A stretch of 64,000 nt of DNA from an uncultured Thermoleophilia bacterium (lineage in GTDB: Bacteria; Actinomycetota; Thermoleophilia; Solirubrobacterales; 70-9): assembly GCA_963844425.1 (NCBI GenBank), contig CAWJOD010000021.1, positions 141,579 to 205,578 on the forward strand, in the 5' to 3' direction. Each line of letters begins with the position of its first letter. Position 1 is the first letter of the stretch. The notes under the pieces were generated by a model that saw nothing but the letters and a program-made list of their open reading frames with translations, was not told the origin of the DNA and made no database searches. Position numbers and translations under genes: made by a program. Below, piece by piece: positions 22,556 through 35,236 of the stretch.

Positions 22556-23352
22556 GACTCGGTGAACTCGAGGATCAGCTGGGCGGCCTCGGTGGGGACG
22601 TCCAGCTGGGGGCAGTGGCCGATGCCCTCGAGCTCGACCCAATCGGCGTTCGGCAGCCACTCCTCGCGGAAGCGCACGGCGGCGCCCGGCCAGTCGAGGA
22701 TCCGATCTTCGGTGCCCCAGACGACCCGGACGGGGCACGTGACCTGCTCGGCGTCGACGTTCCAGCCCGCGCGGCGTGAGTGCTCGACCAGGGGCACGCA
22801 GGCGTCGCATCCCGCCGCGCCGAGCATCAGGTGGGCGATCAGCTCGGACGGGATGTGCTCGAAGTTCGTCGCCACGTCCTGCGTCGCGCGCCTGCGGCCC
22901 TCCGGCGAGGTGACGATCAGCTCCACGTGCGGGACGGCTTTGGCGAGCAGCTCGTGCATCTCGAGGAAGTAGTCCTGCGCCTCGTGGAAGGTCGTATCCC
23001 CCTCCGCCCAGCCACCGGCGGGCGCGAGCGCGACCACCGTCTTCGCCCGCCCACGCGCCGCCAACAGCAGGGCGAGGTAGCCGCCGAGGGAGTTGCCGAC
23101 GATGTGCGCGGTCTCGAACCCCGCCTCGTCCATCGCCCGCTCGACCGCGTCGGCCAGCACCTCGTCGTTCGCCTCCCCCTCGATCGCGGGGCCGCCGGCG
23201 TGGCCCGCGAGGGTCGGCGCGAGCACGTCGTGCTCCCGCTCGAGCGCCGGCAGGACGAGGTCCCAGGTCCGCCACGTGTCTGTGAATCCGTGCAGGAGGA
23301 CCATCGGCGACCCGGCGCCCCCGCGGTGGGACGGTGTGAAGATGGAGACCAC
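22552..23352 (-). CDS. alpha/beta-fold hydrolase
   Basis: Intact 266 aa: MVLLHGFTDTWRTW...HIVGNSLGGYLAL (nucleophile elbow)...GHCPQLDVP. Confidence 0.75.
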   Translation of the reverse strand: MVSIFTPSHRGGAGSPMVLLHGFTDTWRTWDLVLPALEREHDVLAPTLAGHAGGPAIEGEANDEVLADAVERAMDEAGFETAHIVGNSLGGYLALLLAARGRAKTVVALAPAGGWAEGDTTFHEAQDYFLEMHELLAKAVPHVELIVTSPEGRRRATQDVATNFEHIPSELIAHLMLGAAGCDACVPLVEHSRRAGWNVDAEQVTCPVRVVWGTEDRILDWPGAAVRFREEWLPNADWVELEGIGHCPQLDVPTEAAQLILEFTES

Positions 23353-23384
23353 GGCGCGGGGACGCTAGCGGCGGGCCGAGCGTA

Positions 23385-24276
23385 GTGTTCCGGGCCGTGG
23401 AAGCGGCAGCCGGGCGCCGGTGGCGGACGGACTCCAGACAGGTCGCGGTCGTCGGCCTCCTGTTCGCTGCCGCGGCGGTCGCCTGGGTCACCACCGCCGG
23501 CCGCATGGCGGGGATGGACGGGGCCCGGGCACCGACCCCGGCGCGCTCGGCTTCTACGTCTCGGCGTGGGTGGTGATGATGGCCGCGATGATGTTCCCGT
23601 CGATCGCGCCCATGGTCTCGATGTACGCGATCACCGACCGCGGAAAGCGTGCTCGAGATGGCGCCGGCGTGGGTGGAACGCTCGCCTTCGTCGGCGGCTA
23701 TCTCCTCACCTGGACCGCGTTCGGGCTGCTCGCCTACGGGCTGTTCGAGTTGGTGCGCTCGCTCGACATAGACGCCCTCGGGTGGGATCGAGGCGGCCCG
23801 TACCTGGCGTTCGCGGTGATTCTCCTCGCCGCGGTCTACCAGCTGAGCCCGCTGAAGAACGCTTGCTTTCGCGCTGCCGCAATCCGCTCGGATTCGTGAT
23901 CACCGCTTGGCGACCCGGACGCCTCGGCGCGGTCGCGATGGGCATCCAGCACGGCGCCTGGTGCGTCGGCTGCTGCTGGGCGCTGATGGCCGCCCTCTTC
24001 GCCCTGGGGGTCATGAGCCTCGCGTGGATGATCTTCGTCGCGCTCCTGATCGCGGCCGAGAAGCTCCTTCCCTGGGAGCGCGTGAACCTCGCAATCACGG
24101 GGATCCTCCTCGTGCTGGCGGTGGGCGTGGTCGCGGCTCCTCGCGACGTACCCGGTCTGACGATCCCCGACTCGCCGCACGCCGAGTCGGCGATGGACAG
24201 CATGTCGATGGACGAGGCCGCGTCTGGCCGTCAGACGCATAGGCGAAGGCGGCCTCGTACGCGCAGTTGCCCGTGA
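23385..24276 (+). CDS. DUF2182 family integral membrane protein (predicted metal-binding), frameshifted
   Basis: FYVSAWVVMMAAMMFPSIAPMV...FVGGYLLTWTAFG...AAVYQLSPLKNAC...GIQHGAWCVGCCWALMAALFALGVMSLAWM...AAEKLLP. Confidence 0.6.
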
Positions 24277-24847
24277 GCTCGAACTCGAGCGGACCGGCGT
24301 CCACTGCCAGCGTCATCCGCGTAGAGCTCCCGACCGGGCTGGTGGTGCCCGGGGATGATGCATGTGGTCGGCTCCTGGTCGGGAACCGGCTCGCGGATCC
24401 GGACCGTCACCTCGTCGCCGGCGCGAAACCAGCCGCGGCCCGGCGTGTGGTCGATCTCGATCGGGACCGAACGGACGCCCAGCAACTCGCTTGCTTTGAA
24501 CGCCCAGGGAACTGCTGTTGGGGCGTTCCGCCGAGCCGTCCAAGGTAGATCTGCGTCAGCGCCTCGCGCTGGCGCTCGTCCGCCCGCTCGTCCAGGAAGA
24601 GCCAGAAGCTCCACGGTGAACCCGGCTCGTCGTCGTCGTACCTGTTCGCAAGCACGACGTTCAAGCCCGACAGGTCCACCTCGCCGGCCCGGCCGCTCGC
24701 GATCGCCCACGAGAGCGTTCCCAGGCAGACGCCGTAGGTCGAGCGACCGCCCTGCCGCCCCCCGATCCTCCGGCACGGGCAGATCGCCTCGCAGTTGCAG
24801 GACTCCAGGTAGGTCCCGGTCAAAGCCCAGGGAAGGTGGTCGCTCAC
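24231..24847 (-). CDS. DUF1326 family protein, frameshifted
   Basis: GTG 24847: SDHLPWALTGTYLESCNCEAICPCRRIGGRQGG...YGVCLGTLSWAI...IEIDHTPGRGWFRAGDEVTV...LEFELTGNCAYEAAFAY. It converges on the DUF2182 gene, and the two ends overlap. Confidence 0.6.
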
Positions 24848-24879
24848 CGGCGGCGAGCCTACCGCGGATACCGCGCGGC

Positions 24880-26743
24880 TCAGTACCCGAGCCCGAAGCC
24901 GAACGGGCGGAAGACCTCGTCGGGGTGATGCTCCTTCGGGATCGTCACCGGCAGCTTGCCCTGCGGGTCGATCTGGCCCATGAGCGCGGAGACGGCGGCG
25001 TTCACCGAGACCTGCTGGAAGTCGCTGGCGGCGATGAACGCGTCGACCTTGGCGGACGTAGGCGAAGTCGTAGGGCGTCCCGAGCGCGATCGCGATCACC
25101 GGCACGCCCGTCTCGGCAGCTCGCGGACCAGCTGCCGTTGGCCGAGCGAGCCCGGCGCCCAGACGTTGTTGGTGTTGACGACGACCGCGTCGAACTGCCG
25201 GGCGGCGCGCTTCACCTGGGCGATCTTCTGAGCGTCCGGGTTGGAGCCGGTGGCGAGCGGCTGGGCGGTCAGGTCACGAGAGGCGATCTCGTTGGCGATC
25301 AGGCCGGTCGAGGTCGCCCCCCAGCCGGTCGAGAGGACCCGCGTCTTGCTGAACTCGGAGAGCGGGAGCGTGTTGTCCCTGTTCTTCAGCAGGGTGATCG
25401 AGCGCTTCGCGGTCTTGCGGGCGACGTTCAGGTGCGCGGAGGTGCCGACGAGGTCGTTCGACCTGGGCCTCGGGGACGATCGGGTCGCCCGGCGAGGCCG
25501 ACGTCCCACTTCTGGCCGAGGATCCGGCGCACCGACTCCTCGATCCGCGAGAGCGGGATCTCCCCGCTCGCGACCGCGTCGGCTGACGGCCTGGTAGGCG
25601 GGCACCAGGTTCGACTGGCCGTCCGGAGTCGGGAAGCCGTCGATCTCGAGCAGCTGGTCGTTGCCGGCCTCGATCGCCATCAGCGCGACCTGCTCGGGCG
25701 TGTAGTTCTTCGAGCGCCTGCGCGTTCAGGGCGTCGGTCACGATCACGCCGTCGAAGCCGAGCTCCTCGCGCAGGATGTCCTGGACGAAGAACGGGCTGA
25801 GGCTGGTCGGGACCGAGCTCGACTCCGGGATGTTCGGCGTCTCGATGTGGGTGACCATGATCGAGTCGACGCCGGCGTCGATCGCGGCCTCGAAGGCGGG
25901 GAAGTGCCTCGCGGAGCTCGGCGAGGGTCTGGTCGGAGACCGTGATCCCGTCATCCGGGTTGGTCGAGGTGCCGCCGAGGCCGGGCCAGTGCTTCGCCAC
26001 GGCGGAGATGCCCGCACCGGACTCGTAGCCCTCGACCGCGGCGACGCCGTGCTTGGAGACGAAGGGAGTCGGTCGCCGAAGGCGCGGATGCCGTCCGCGA
26101 TGTTCAGCGGGTTGGTGTTGACGTCGACGACCGGCGCGTTGTCGACGTTGATCCCCATCGCGGCGAGCTCGCGACCCGTGATCGCGGCGTTCTGGTAGGT
26201 CAGCTTGGTGCTGCGCGCCGCGCCGAGCGCCATGTTGCCGGGAAAGACCGTCGCCGGCTGGGAGATCCGCAGGACCTCGCCCTGCTCCTGGTCGATCGAG
26301 ATCAGCATCGGAGTCGGCATCGGCTGCGGCGAGCGCGGCGTGCTGGACGCCGTTCGAGAGCGGTCGCCACCTGCGATGGGCTCGACAGCGTGTTCGACCA
26401 GTTGAAGTAGACGACGCCGCCGGGCTGGTACTTCGCGATCAGGTCGTCGATGTTCGAGACCTCGGGCCCGTAGAGGGTGTGGTTGGCGTTCACCGATGCC
26501 GAGTCGGTCGCGTCGGCGGTCTGCCCGAACCCGTTGACGACGAACATCTGGCCGATCTTCTGCTCGGTGGACATGTTGCCGAGCATGCACTCGATCCAGG
26601 CGGCGCGGTCGGAAGCGACGTCGGCGCACGATGCGTCTCCGAAGGCGCCGCGGTCGGCCGCGGAGGCGGCCGTCCCGGCGGCGCAGATCAGCGCCGTCGC
26701 GGCGACGGCGCCGATGCAAAGCATTCCCCTGCTCTTACGCATC
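24880..26743 (-). CDS. secreted glycoside hydrolase family 3 (NagZ/beta-glucosidase-like), heavily frameshifted
   Basis: Signal peptide MRKSRGMLCIGAVAATALICAAGTAASA. Then QKIGQMFVV...ISIDQEQGEV...AMGINVDNAPVVDVN...AVAKHWPGLGGTSTNPD...IMVTHIE...GFDGVIVTDAL...ITLLKN...FDAVVV...PVIAIALGTPYD...GKLPVTIP. Confidence 0.8.
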
Positions 26744-26762
26744 GCGCGGCAGCTTAAGCCTC

Positions 26763-27746
26763 TTAGGCCAACGCCGTCCAGAGGCGTTCCTCGGCCTCGA
26801 GCACGGGACGCGCCGCCTCGCTCGACCCGCGCTCCACGCCGCCGGTTCGGGCTCGTCCAGCTCGCTCGCCGCGTGCAGCGCCTCCGCGAGCGCGGTCCAG
26901 CGCGCCGACGCCTCGGCGGCCGAGCTCCGCCTCCGGCGTAGCCGGCCTCGGCGAGGAAGCGCGAGTACATCGCGCGGAAGTTGCCGCCGCCGGTGCCGCG
27001 GCGCTCGATCACCTGGTAGTTGAAGCGCGCGCACCACTTCCAGTCCTCGGTCGCCTCCGGCCAGGCGCCGACCTCGTCGGCGAAGCGGCGCAGCGCCGGG
27101 CAGCCCCTCGAACTCTCCCATCGGCGGCTCGAGCATCCGCCTCGCGCAGCACTCGATCGCGGCAGGCGCGGCCGCGGTCAGGTCGCCGAGCTCGGCGCCC
27201 GCCGGCGAGCGTGAACATGTGCCCGTCGAGCGGGAACACCGGCAGGCTCTCGTGGCGCGCCTTGGCCAGGTTCTCGAGCCGCGTCGTCTGCAGCTCCTCG
27301 AAGGCGGTGTCGGAGAGGTAGGCGAGCTCGTCGTCGTAGCCGGCGAGGACGACGGCGTGGCCGGGGAAGTGGGCCGACTTGCCGTAGTGGTCGAGGTGGT
27401 AGAGGTCGGAGAGCAGGATCGCCGGGCGGCCGCCGTCGACGGTCTCGCGCGCCCCGTCCCAGCTCGCCTCGGCGTCGTCGAACGTGTGCAGCTCGAGCGG
27501 CGCCCCGGTGAGCTCGACGAACTGCTCCTCGAGCCGCGAGACGCGGCCGTTCGTGAACCGCGACGGCGACTGATCGTCGAGGACGACGTAGTAGAAGCAG
27601 GCGCCGGCGCCGAGCCCGAACGCCATCTCCTCGGTCAGCTCGAGGCCGTGGAAGGCGAGCAGGTTGCGGAGCGCGGTCGAGCCGCAGTGGTTGCCCGGGA
27701 CGTGCCGGTAGCCCGGCACCATCGTCGCCCTGGTGGCGGCCTCCAT
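26763..27746 (-). CDS. BtrH_N / DUF4872-like (papain-fold, butirosin BtrH-like) protein, frameshifted
   Basis: [45 protein letters not shown]...[14 protein letters not shown]...[11 protein letters not shown]...MGEFEGLP...[15 protein letters not shown]. It is in-frame with the upstream ligase gene, with no stop between them. Confidence 0.55.
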
Positions 27747-29321
<1,575 letters not shown>

Positions 29322-29325
<4 letters not shown>

Positions 29326-30436
29326 GCTCTCCTCCTCGCTGGCGTGCGCGAGGGAACCCTACTCAGGCGCGCGCGCAGCCGCAGGTACTCGGCGCGGGCC
29401 TCGAAGCTCGCGCGCATCTCGGTGGAGAGCTCCTCGAGGAACTCCTCGCGGTAGGTCGAGTCGGTGAGCATCGCGATCGCGAAGTAGAAGCCGGAGAAGG
29501 CGCCCAGGCCGAGCGGCCACGCGCAGCAGCTCGCGGGTGAGCTCGAGCTGCGTGCCGAAGAGCTCGAAGGAGAGCAGCACGTCGCCCCCGGATCCGATCC
29601 AGTTGGTCCGGACCGACTCGTCGATCGCGAGCAGCCCGAAGAGCGCGAAGAAGAGCGGCCACCACCAGGCTGACGATCAGCACCTGCACCGCCTGGCTGA
29701 CGAACATCACGAGGCCGACGTTGAGTCGCTGGCGGCGGCGAAGCGGGACGTCGTCGGCCTTCGCCTCGCGCTCGAGCGCGCGCGCCTCCCGCGGCAGGCG
29801 GACGGCGAGGAACGCCGTTCCGAGCAGGACGAAGAGGGCGATGATCGTCCAGAAGATCGCGCGTCGTCAGCGAGGAGAAGATCTCCCACATCTCCTGGGT
29901 CGTGAACGAGAGCAGGGCGAAGATCGCGAGCAGCGGAACGGCGCGGGCGATCAGCTCGAGCGAGCCGCGCGAGCTGGCTCACGAGGCGGACGAGGACCCA
30001 GCGCAGGATCGCCGCCAGGCCGAGGCCGAGGACCGCGTAGATCAGCCCCAGGAAGGCCAGGTTGGCGGCGGCGATCACGAGCGCGCTTCGCCACTGGCCG
30101 CCGAAGATCAGCGGCAACACCGCCGGGACGAGCACGTACAGGGCCAGCTCGACCTTCCCGACCGTCCGGGGGACCGACCGCATCGGCCGGCCGCGCGCGA
30201 CGTTGGCGAGCCCGACCGCGAGCAGCAGGATCGCGAGCCCGCCGAGCACCGCCGCGATGTTGCCGGCGAGCGACCATTCGAGGTTCGAGCGCGTTCAGCA
30301 TCTGCGCGACGAAGACGATCGCGAGCACGGGCACGGCGCGGTTGAAGACGTTCGTCGAGGCGCGGAAGTCCTCGATGAAGAGCGGCAGGCCGGCCCGGCG
30401 GAAGCGCCGCTCGTAGGCGCGAAGCTCGTCGTCCAC
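29322..30436 (-). CDS. polytopic membrane protein of unknown function, frameshifted
   Basis: GTG 30436: DDELRAYERRFRRAGLPLFIEDF...VLAIVFVAQML...LGGLAILLLAVGLA...ALYVLVPAVLPLIFGG...VIAAANLAFLGLIYAVLGLGLAAIL...FSGFYFAIAMLTDSTYREEF. No family recognised. Confidence 0.35.
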
Positions 30437-30500
30437 TGCTGGGATTTCAGCGGCGGCGGCGGACGGTGCGGCCCCGGCCCCCCTCCTATCGTGGTCCGCC

Positions 30501-31162
30501 CGTGCGCCGCCGCGTCCTCAACCGACTACCCCGCGTCGCCTGGGCCGCCGCCGCCGGGCGACCGCTGGCGAAGCTCGATCTGGGCCTGCTGCGGTTCCTG
30601 CGCTCGCACGGCCACCAGGCGCGCGATCGAGACGCCGATGAAGGCGCTCGGCTGGGCGGGCGAGTCCGGCGCCATCTGGTCGGCGTCATCACTCGTCGCC
30701 GCCGCGGGCGATCGGCGCCGCCGCGTGCGCTGGCTTGCCGCCGCGGCGCTCGCCCCGGTCGCGATCGTCGCCAACTACGCCTTCAAGCGGGCGATCAACC
30801 GCGAGCGACCGGTGATCGAGGAGCTGCCCGCGCTGGGCTACGCCGCCAGCTCGCTCTCCTTCCCGTCGGCGCACGCGACCTCGTCGGTCGCGGCGGCGAC
30901 GGCGATCGGGAGGATCGCCCCCGGCTCCCGGCCGGTCGTCTACACGCTCGCGGCCCTGATCTGCGTCGGCCGCCCCTACCTCGGCATGCACTACCCATCG
31001 GATGTGCTCGTAGGCGTCGCCCTGGGCCGAATCATCGGCAAATCAATCCCATACCTCGACGAGCCGACCGAACCAGAGCCGACTGTCATGGCCGATCGCA
31101 CGGGGGGGTCCCGGGTGAGGGACCTCCCTGTGCGAGCGGCCCCACCCGCGCCCAAACCATGA
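30501..31162 (+). CDS. PAP2-superfamily phosphatase (membrane), one frameshift
   Basis: KRAINRERP ... SFPSAHATSS ... GRPYLGMHYPSDVLVG (the three PAP2 motifs). The stop overlaps the ychF ATG (ATGA). Confidence 0.7.
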
Positions 31163-32240
31163 AGGTAGGCATCGTCGGCCTCCCCAACGCGGGGAAGTCG
31201 ACCCTCTTCAACGCGCTCACCCAGGGCGGCGCCGAGACCGCCGGCTACGCGTTCACGACGATCGACCCGAACGTGGCGATCGCGCCCGTCCCCGACGAGC
31301 GCCTCGCCGAGGTCGGCGCCGCCGCCCGCAGCTCGAAGCTGGTGCCGGCGACGATCGAGTTCCACGACATCGCCGGCCTCGTCCGCGGGGCCTCGGCCGG
31401 CGAGGGGCTCGGCAACCAGTTCCTCGGCGCGATCCGCGAGACGGACGCGATCTGCCACGTCGTCCGCGCCCACTCCGACTCCGGCGTGCCCCATCCGGAC
31501 GGGGCCGTGGACCCGGTCGCCGACATCGAGACGATCGAGGCCGAGCTGCTGCTCTCCGACCTCGAGCAGGCCGAGCGCCGGCTCGAGCGGGTTACGAAGC
31601 AGGCGCGCTCGCTCGACCCGGATGGCGGTCGCCGAGCACGACTGGCTCGAGCGCGTCGTCGCCGCGCTCGAGCGCGGCGAGCCGGTCCGCACGGTCCCCG
31701 TGCCCGAGGCCGCCGGGGATGCCGATCGGCGCCTCGGCGCGCTCACCTCGAAGCCCGTCCTGTTCGCCGCCAACGTCGACGAGGGCGACGCCGAGGTCCC
31801 GGCCGCAGATCGCCGCGCATGGCCGCCGAGCGCGGCGCGACCGCCGTCGCGGTGAGCGCCCGGATCGAGTCCGAGCTCGCCGAGCTCGACCCGGAGGAGG
31901 CGGCCGCGATGCGCGCCGAGCTCGGCCTGCCCGCCGGAGCCGGGCCTCAACCGCCTGGTCCGCGCCGCCTACGAGCTCCTCGGGCTGATCACGTTCTTCA
32001 CCGCCGGCCCCGACGTCGAGGCCAACGCCCGCTCGATCCCGCGCGGCTGGACCGCCTGGCAGGCCGCGGGCCGCATCCACGGCGAGATCCAGGCCGGCGT
32101 TCATCCGCGCCGAGGTCGTGGGCTGGCGCGACCTGGTCGAGGCCGGCGGCTACGCGCCCGCCCGCGACCGCGGCGTGCTCCGCACCGAGGGCCGCGACTA
32201 CGTCGTCGCCGACGGCGACGTGATCACGATCAAGGTCTAG
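31159..32240 (+). CDS. ychF: redox-regulated ribosome-binding ATPase YchF, frameshifted
   Basis: MKVGIVGLPNAGKSTLFNALT...FTTIDPNVA...IEFHDIAGLVRGAS.GEGLGNQFL...DAICHVVR...SKPVLFAANV...ITFFTAGP...GFIRAEVV...DGDVITIKV. Confidence 0.9.
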
Positions 32241-32247
32241 GCGCCTG

Positions 32248-32287
32248 CCGACCAGGTGGTCGGTTCTGCTTTGCATGGAAAGCAGAA
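32248..32287 (+). terminator. two adjacent hairpins after ychF
   Basis: CCGACC-aggt-GGTCGG (32248-32263) and TTCTGCTTT-gcatgg-AAAGCAGAA (32264-32287), starting 8 nt after the ychF stop. Confidence 0.5.
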
Positions 32288-32400
32288 GTCCGCCGCGAAG
32301 GCGCGTTTGGGTCGTATGCGCCCCAAAGTCGCCAACCCCGGGCCCTTTCGCTTCGGACGAAAGTGGAGCGCCCGGTTCTCGTCCTCGGGATAATCGCGCG

Positions 32401-33043
32401 ATGGTTCGGTTCTGCTTGGGAGCCGCGACGATCGCTCTCGCACTGGCTGGATGCGGCGACAGCGGCGAAAATGTGAGCCGGGAAACGCCCAAGGGCGGGG
32501 GCACTCTGAAGCGGCCGACGTCGGTGGTCCACCGACGGTCGCCCTGGCTCGCGTGGAAGGAACTCATGCGCGGCCCCCTCGAGCCACGGTGATCGCATCC
32601 GGCAACACGGCGCGCGGCGAGCCGTTCGAGTTGGTTCTCTATGGCACGACGGAAGGCACCTGTTATGTGACCATGCTCCCGGCACGTCGTCTCCCGGATG
32701 CTGGAGGCGCGTGCGGGGAGCAGATCCTCCCTCCCCCTCCAGTCCGATCATGGCGACTGGCGCGACGACCCTGGGCCCGAATGAGCACGAGGTCCTTGGC
32801 TTCGTAAGCCGGGACGTCTCCTCGGTCGAGCTCAACTTTGAGCATGAGGGCAAGACTGAATCGCTTGACGCGACTACCGAGCAATTGCCGCGGGCGCTCC
32901 TGGAGAAGGCCGGCGCGAGAGGGCCGATCGGGGTCTTCGTCGCGTTCCTCCCCGAAGGGGTGACCGAGGACGATGTAACAGCGACTGCGTACGACGCCGT
33001 CGGAAGCTCTCTCGGCAGCGCGACGTGGGGCTTCGTCGATTGA
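32401..33043 (+). CDS. putative lipoprotein of unknown function, frameshifted
   Basis: MVRFCLGAATIALALAGCGDSGEN (lipobox LAGC). Later segments (TVIASGNTARGEPFELVLYGTTEGTCYV; TTLGPNEHEVLGFVSRDVSSVELNFEHEG...VFVAFLPEGV) lie in other frames. The segment is locally lower in GC. Confidence 0.4.
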
Positions 33044-33150
33044 AACGGGCTGCACCCGACCCAGGCAACGCGCGCCAAGCGTCGCCTTAGGGTGCTTCTG
33101 CTTAGGAGAACTGAAAGCTTCTGCTTTTCGTCCAAAGCGATACTTCTCGA

Positions 33151-33552
33151 TTACGCCGACAGCCCGGCGGCTTCGAAGGCCGTCTCCCTGTTCCAGAAGG
33201 CCTCCCAGCGGACGACCTTGCCCCGGTGAAGGGTGAAGATCGTCCCGGCGGGTTGGGCGACCTCGATCCCGTCTCTGCCTCGAAAGCGCTCCACGCTGAG
33301 GAGAAGAACACGCTGTGCGTCCAGGGGTCGGATCTCCTCGGCGTACGATGCATGGCTTTCCCAAACTTGGTCGAATCCGGCGAAGTAGTCCACCGTCTCC
33401 TCGCGCCCCCGAGCCACCTTCGCACCGGGTTGCTCGGGCGGTTCCCGAAACTCGACGTCGTCAGCCAGGAACTCCCGGCTGACGCGTTCGATCCCTTCCT
33501 CGTTGAACGTCCTGATCATCTGGCGGACGAGATCCACGTTCTCCTGCGACAT
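33151..33552 (-). CDS. SnoaL-like / NTF2-fold protein
   Basis: Intact from ATG 33552: MSQENVDLVRQMIRTFNEEGIERVSREFLADDVEFREPPEQPGAKVARGREETVDYFAG...TLHRGKVVRWEAFWNRETAFEAAGL. Confidence 0.6.
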   Translation of the reverse strand: MSQENVDLVRQMIRTFNEEGIERVSREFLADDVEFREPPEQPGAKVARGREETVDYFAGFDQVWESHASYAEEIRPLDAQRVLLLSVERFRGRDGIEVAQPAGTIFTLHRGKVVRWEAFWNRETAFEAAGLSA

Positions 33553-33677
33553 CGTCCGCCCAGTATCTCGCGACCTGTCAGATAGTCGCTTTCCATGCAG
33601 AGCGAGCATTCCTGTCCTGACCCCGGGTTCCGGGGGTTATCCAGGAATGCTTGGCCGGGCGCGACTAAGGGGTCGCC

Positions 33678-35211
33678 CTAGTCGACAAGCGGCGCCGCGT
33701 CGGGGCCGACGGTGATGTGGATCGCGGCGGGCTCGTAGGCGTAGTCGATGACGTTCAGCGCCTTCAGGCGGTCGAGGGCGAACTGGAAGGCCTCGCCCTG
33801 GGCGTCCGACTCGTACTTGCGGAGGACGTCGAAGGACCAGCCGGTGGTGTGCAGCGAGTACTCGGTCGTCGCCTCGGGGTTGCTGCCGATCAGGAGGTCC
33901 TGGTAGGTGCGGTCGCGGACGGTGCTGGTCACCCGCAGCGGCCGGGTCGCGCCGCTCTCCTCCTGCACCTGCGAGGAGAGGTAGATCAGGGTCGCGAGCG
34001 CCTCGGGGCGAAGCGCGCGGTAGAGCTCACGCGACTGGTCGAGCTTCGGTCGCGAGCTCGCCCATCTGCTCGGAGACGCGGAACCCGAGCCCGGGTCGAC
34101 GGGCAGGGCGACCAGGTCGCCGGAGTCGCGGGCGTCCTCGATCTCGCCCGGGTCGTCGAAGATCTCGGTCTCGTCCTCGGGGTGGAAGACCTCCTCCTGG
34201 GTCGCCTTCTGGGTCTGCAGGGAGGCGAGGCGCTCGAGCTCGGCCGGGTCCTCGCGGTAGAGCCGCATGATCTCGCGCGCCGCGTAGACGCGCCAGAGGT
34301 AGGTCGCGGAGTCGTCGGCGAACTCGGAGAGCACGTTCCAGGCCTCCGCGTGCCGGGTCGGCGAGCTGTCGAAGTAGAGCTGGGCGTAGCTCAGGTCCCC
34401 GGACTCGACCAGCTCGCGAGCCGGGGCGTCGGAGCCCGCGTAGGCCTGGATCACGTCCTCGAGGTTGCCGATGCCCATGTGGTACGAGGTGATCGCGAGG
34501 TCGTCCTCGGCGAAGGTCTCGCGGGCCGTCGTCAGGTAGCGCCCCGTCGCCGCCAAGCGCCTCGACCGGGTCGAAGCGCTCGTCGACCTCGGCGCGCTCG
34601 CGCAGCAGCTTCCGGTACTTCGCCTCGTCGCCGCGCGACGCGGCCCGCCCGGCCTGCTTGGTCAGCGCGCGCGAGCGGGCGACGTCGATCTCCATCCCGA
34701 GCAGGTCGATCCCGGTCGAGGCGAGGATCTGGGTCAGCCCGGCGGCCGCCTCGACATCGTCGCCGGCGATCACGTCCGGGCGGCCCGCGCTCTCGAGGAA
34801 GACCATCGCCTCGAGCAGGTCGGGGTCGGTGCCGGAGCTCTTCGCCGCGGTCTCGATCTCATCCCGCCAGCGCTCGGTCCGCCGCGCGGAGGCGAGGACC
34901 CCACCGGGGCTGTTGGCGTAGAGGACGTGGGAGAGCCCGGCGGCGGCGCGCTTCTCGAGGTCCTCGCGGCGATCGGGCTTCCAGGCGAAGGGGTCGGACT
35001 CGCCGCCGGCGTCGCGGCCGGCCGCGGCGACCTCCTCGGTCTTCACCTCGGGCGGGTCGTCGCCGCCGAGCAGGATCGCGACCGGGATCGCGATCGCGGC
35101 GGCGATGACGAGCACCGCCGCCAGACCGATGAGCGCACGCGCGCCCTCCCCGAGCCGGCCTTCACCCCCCGGCCCGGCTCCGTGTCCCACCTTCGAAGCC
35201 ATCGGCCCCAT
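33678..35211 (-). CDS. membrane-anchored lytic transglycosylase (SLT) fused to an M15/VanY-like peptidase-fold domain, frameshifted
   Basis: TM segment ALIGLAAVLVIAAAIAIPVAILLGG. SLT core: LLEAMVFLESAGRPDVIAGDDVEAAAGLTQIL. C-terminal part: RVTSTVRDRTYQDLL...SLHTTGWSFDV (SxHxxGxxxD-like)...YEPAAIHITV. Confidence 0.6.
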
Positions 35212-35236
35212 GTTAGGTTCGGCCGATGAAGGCGCG

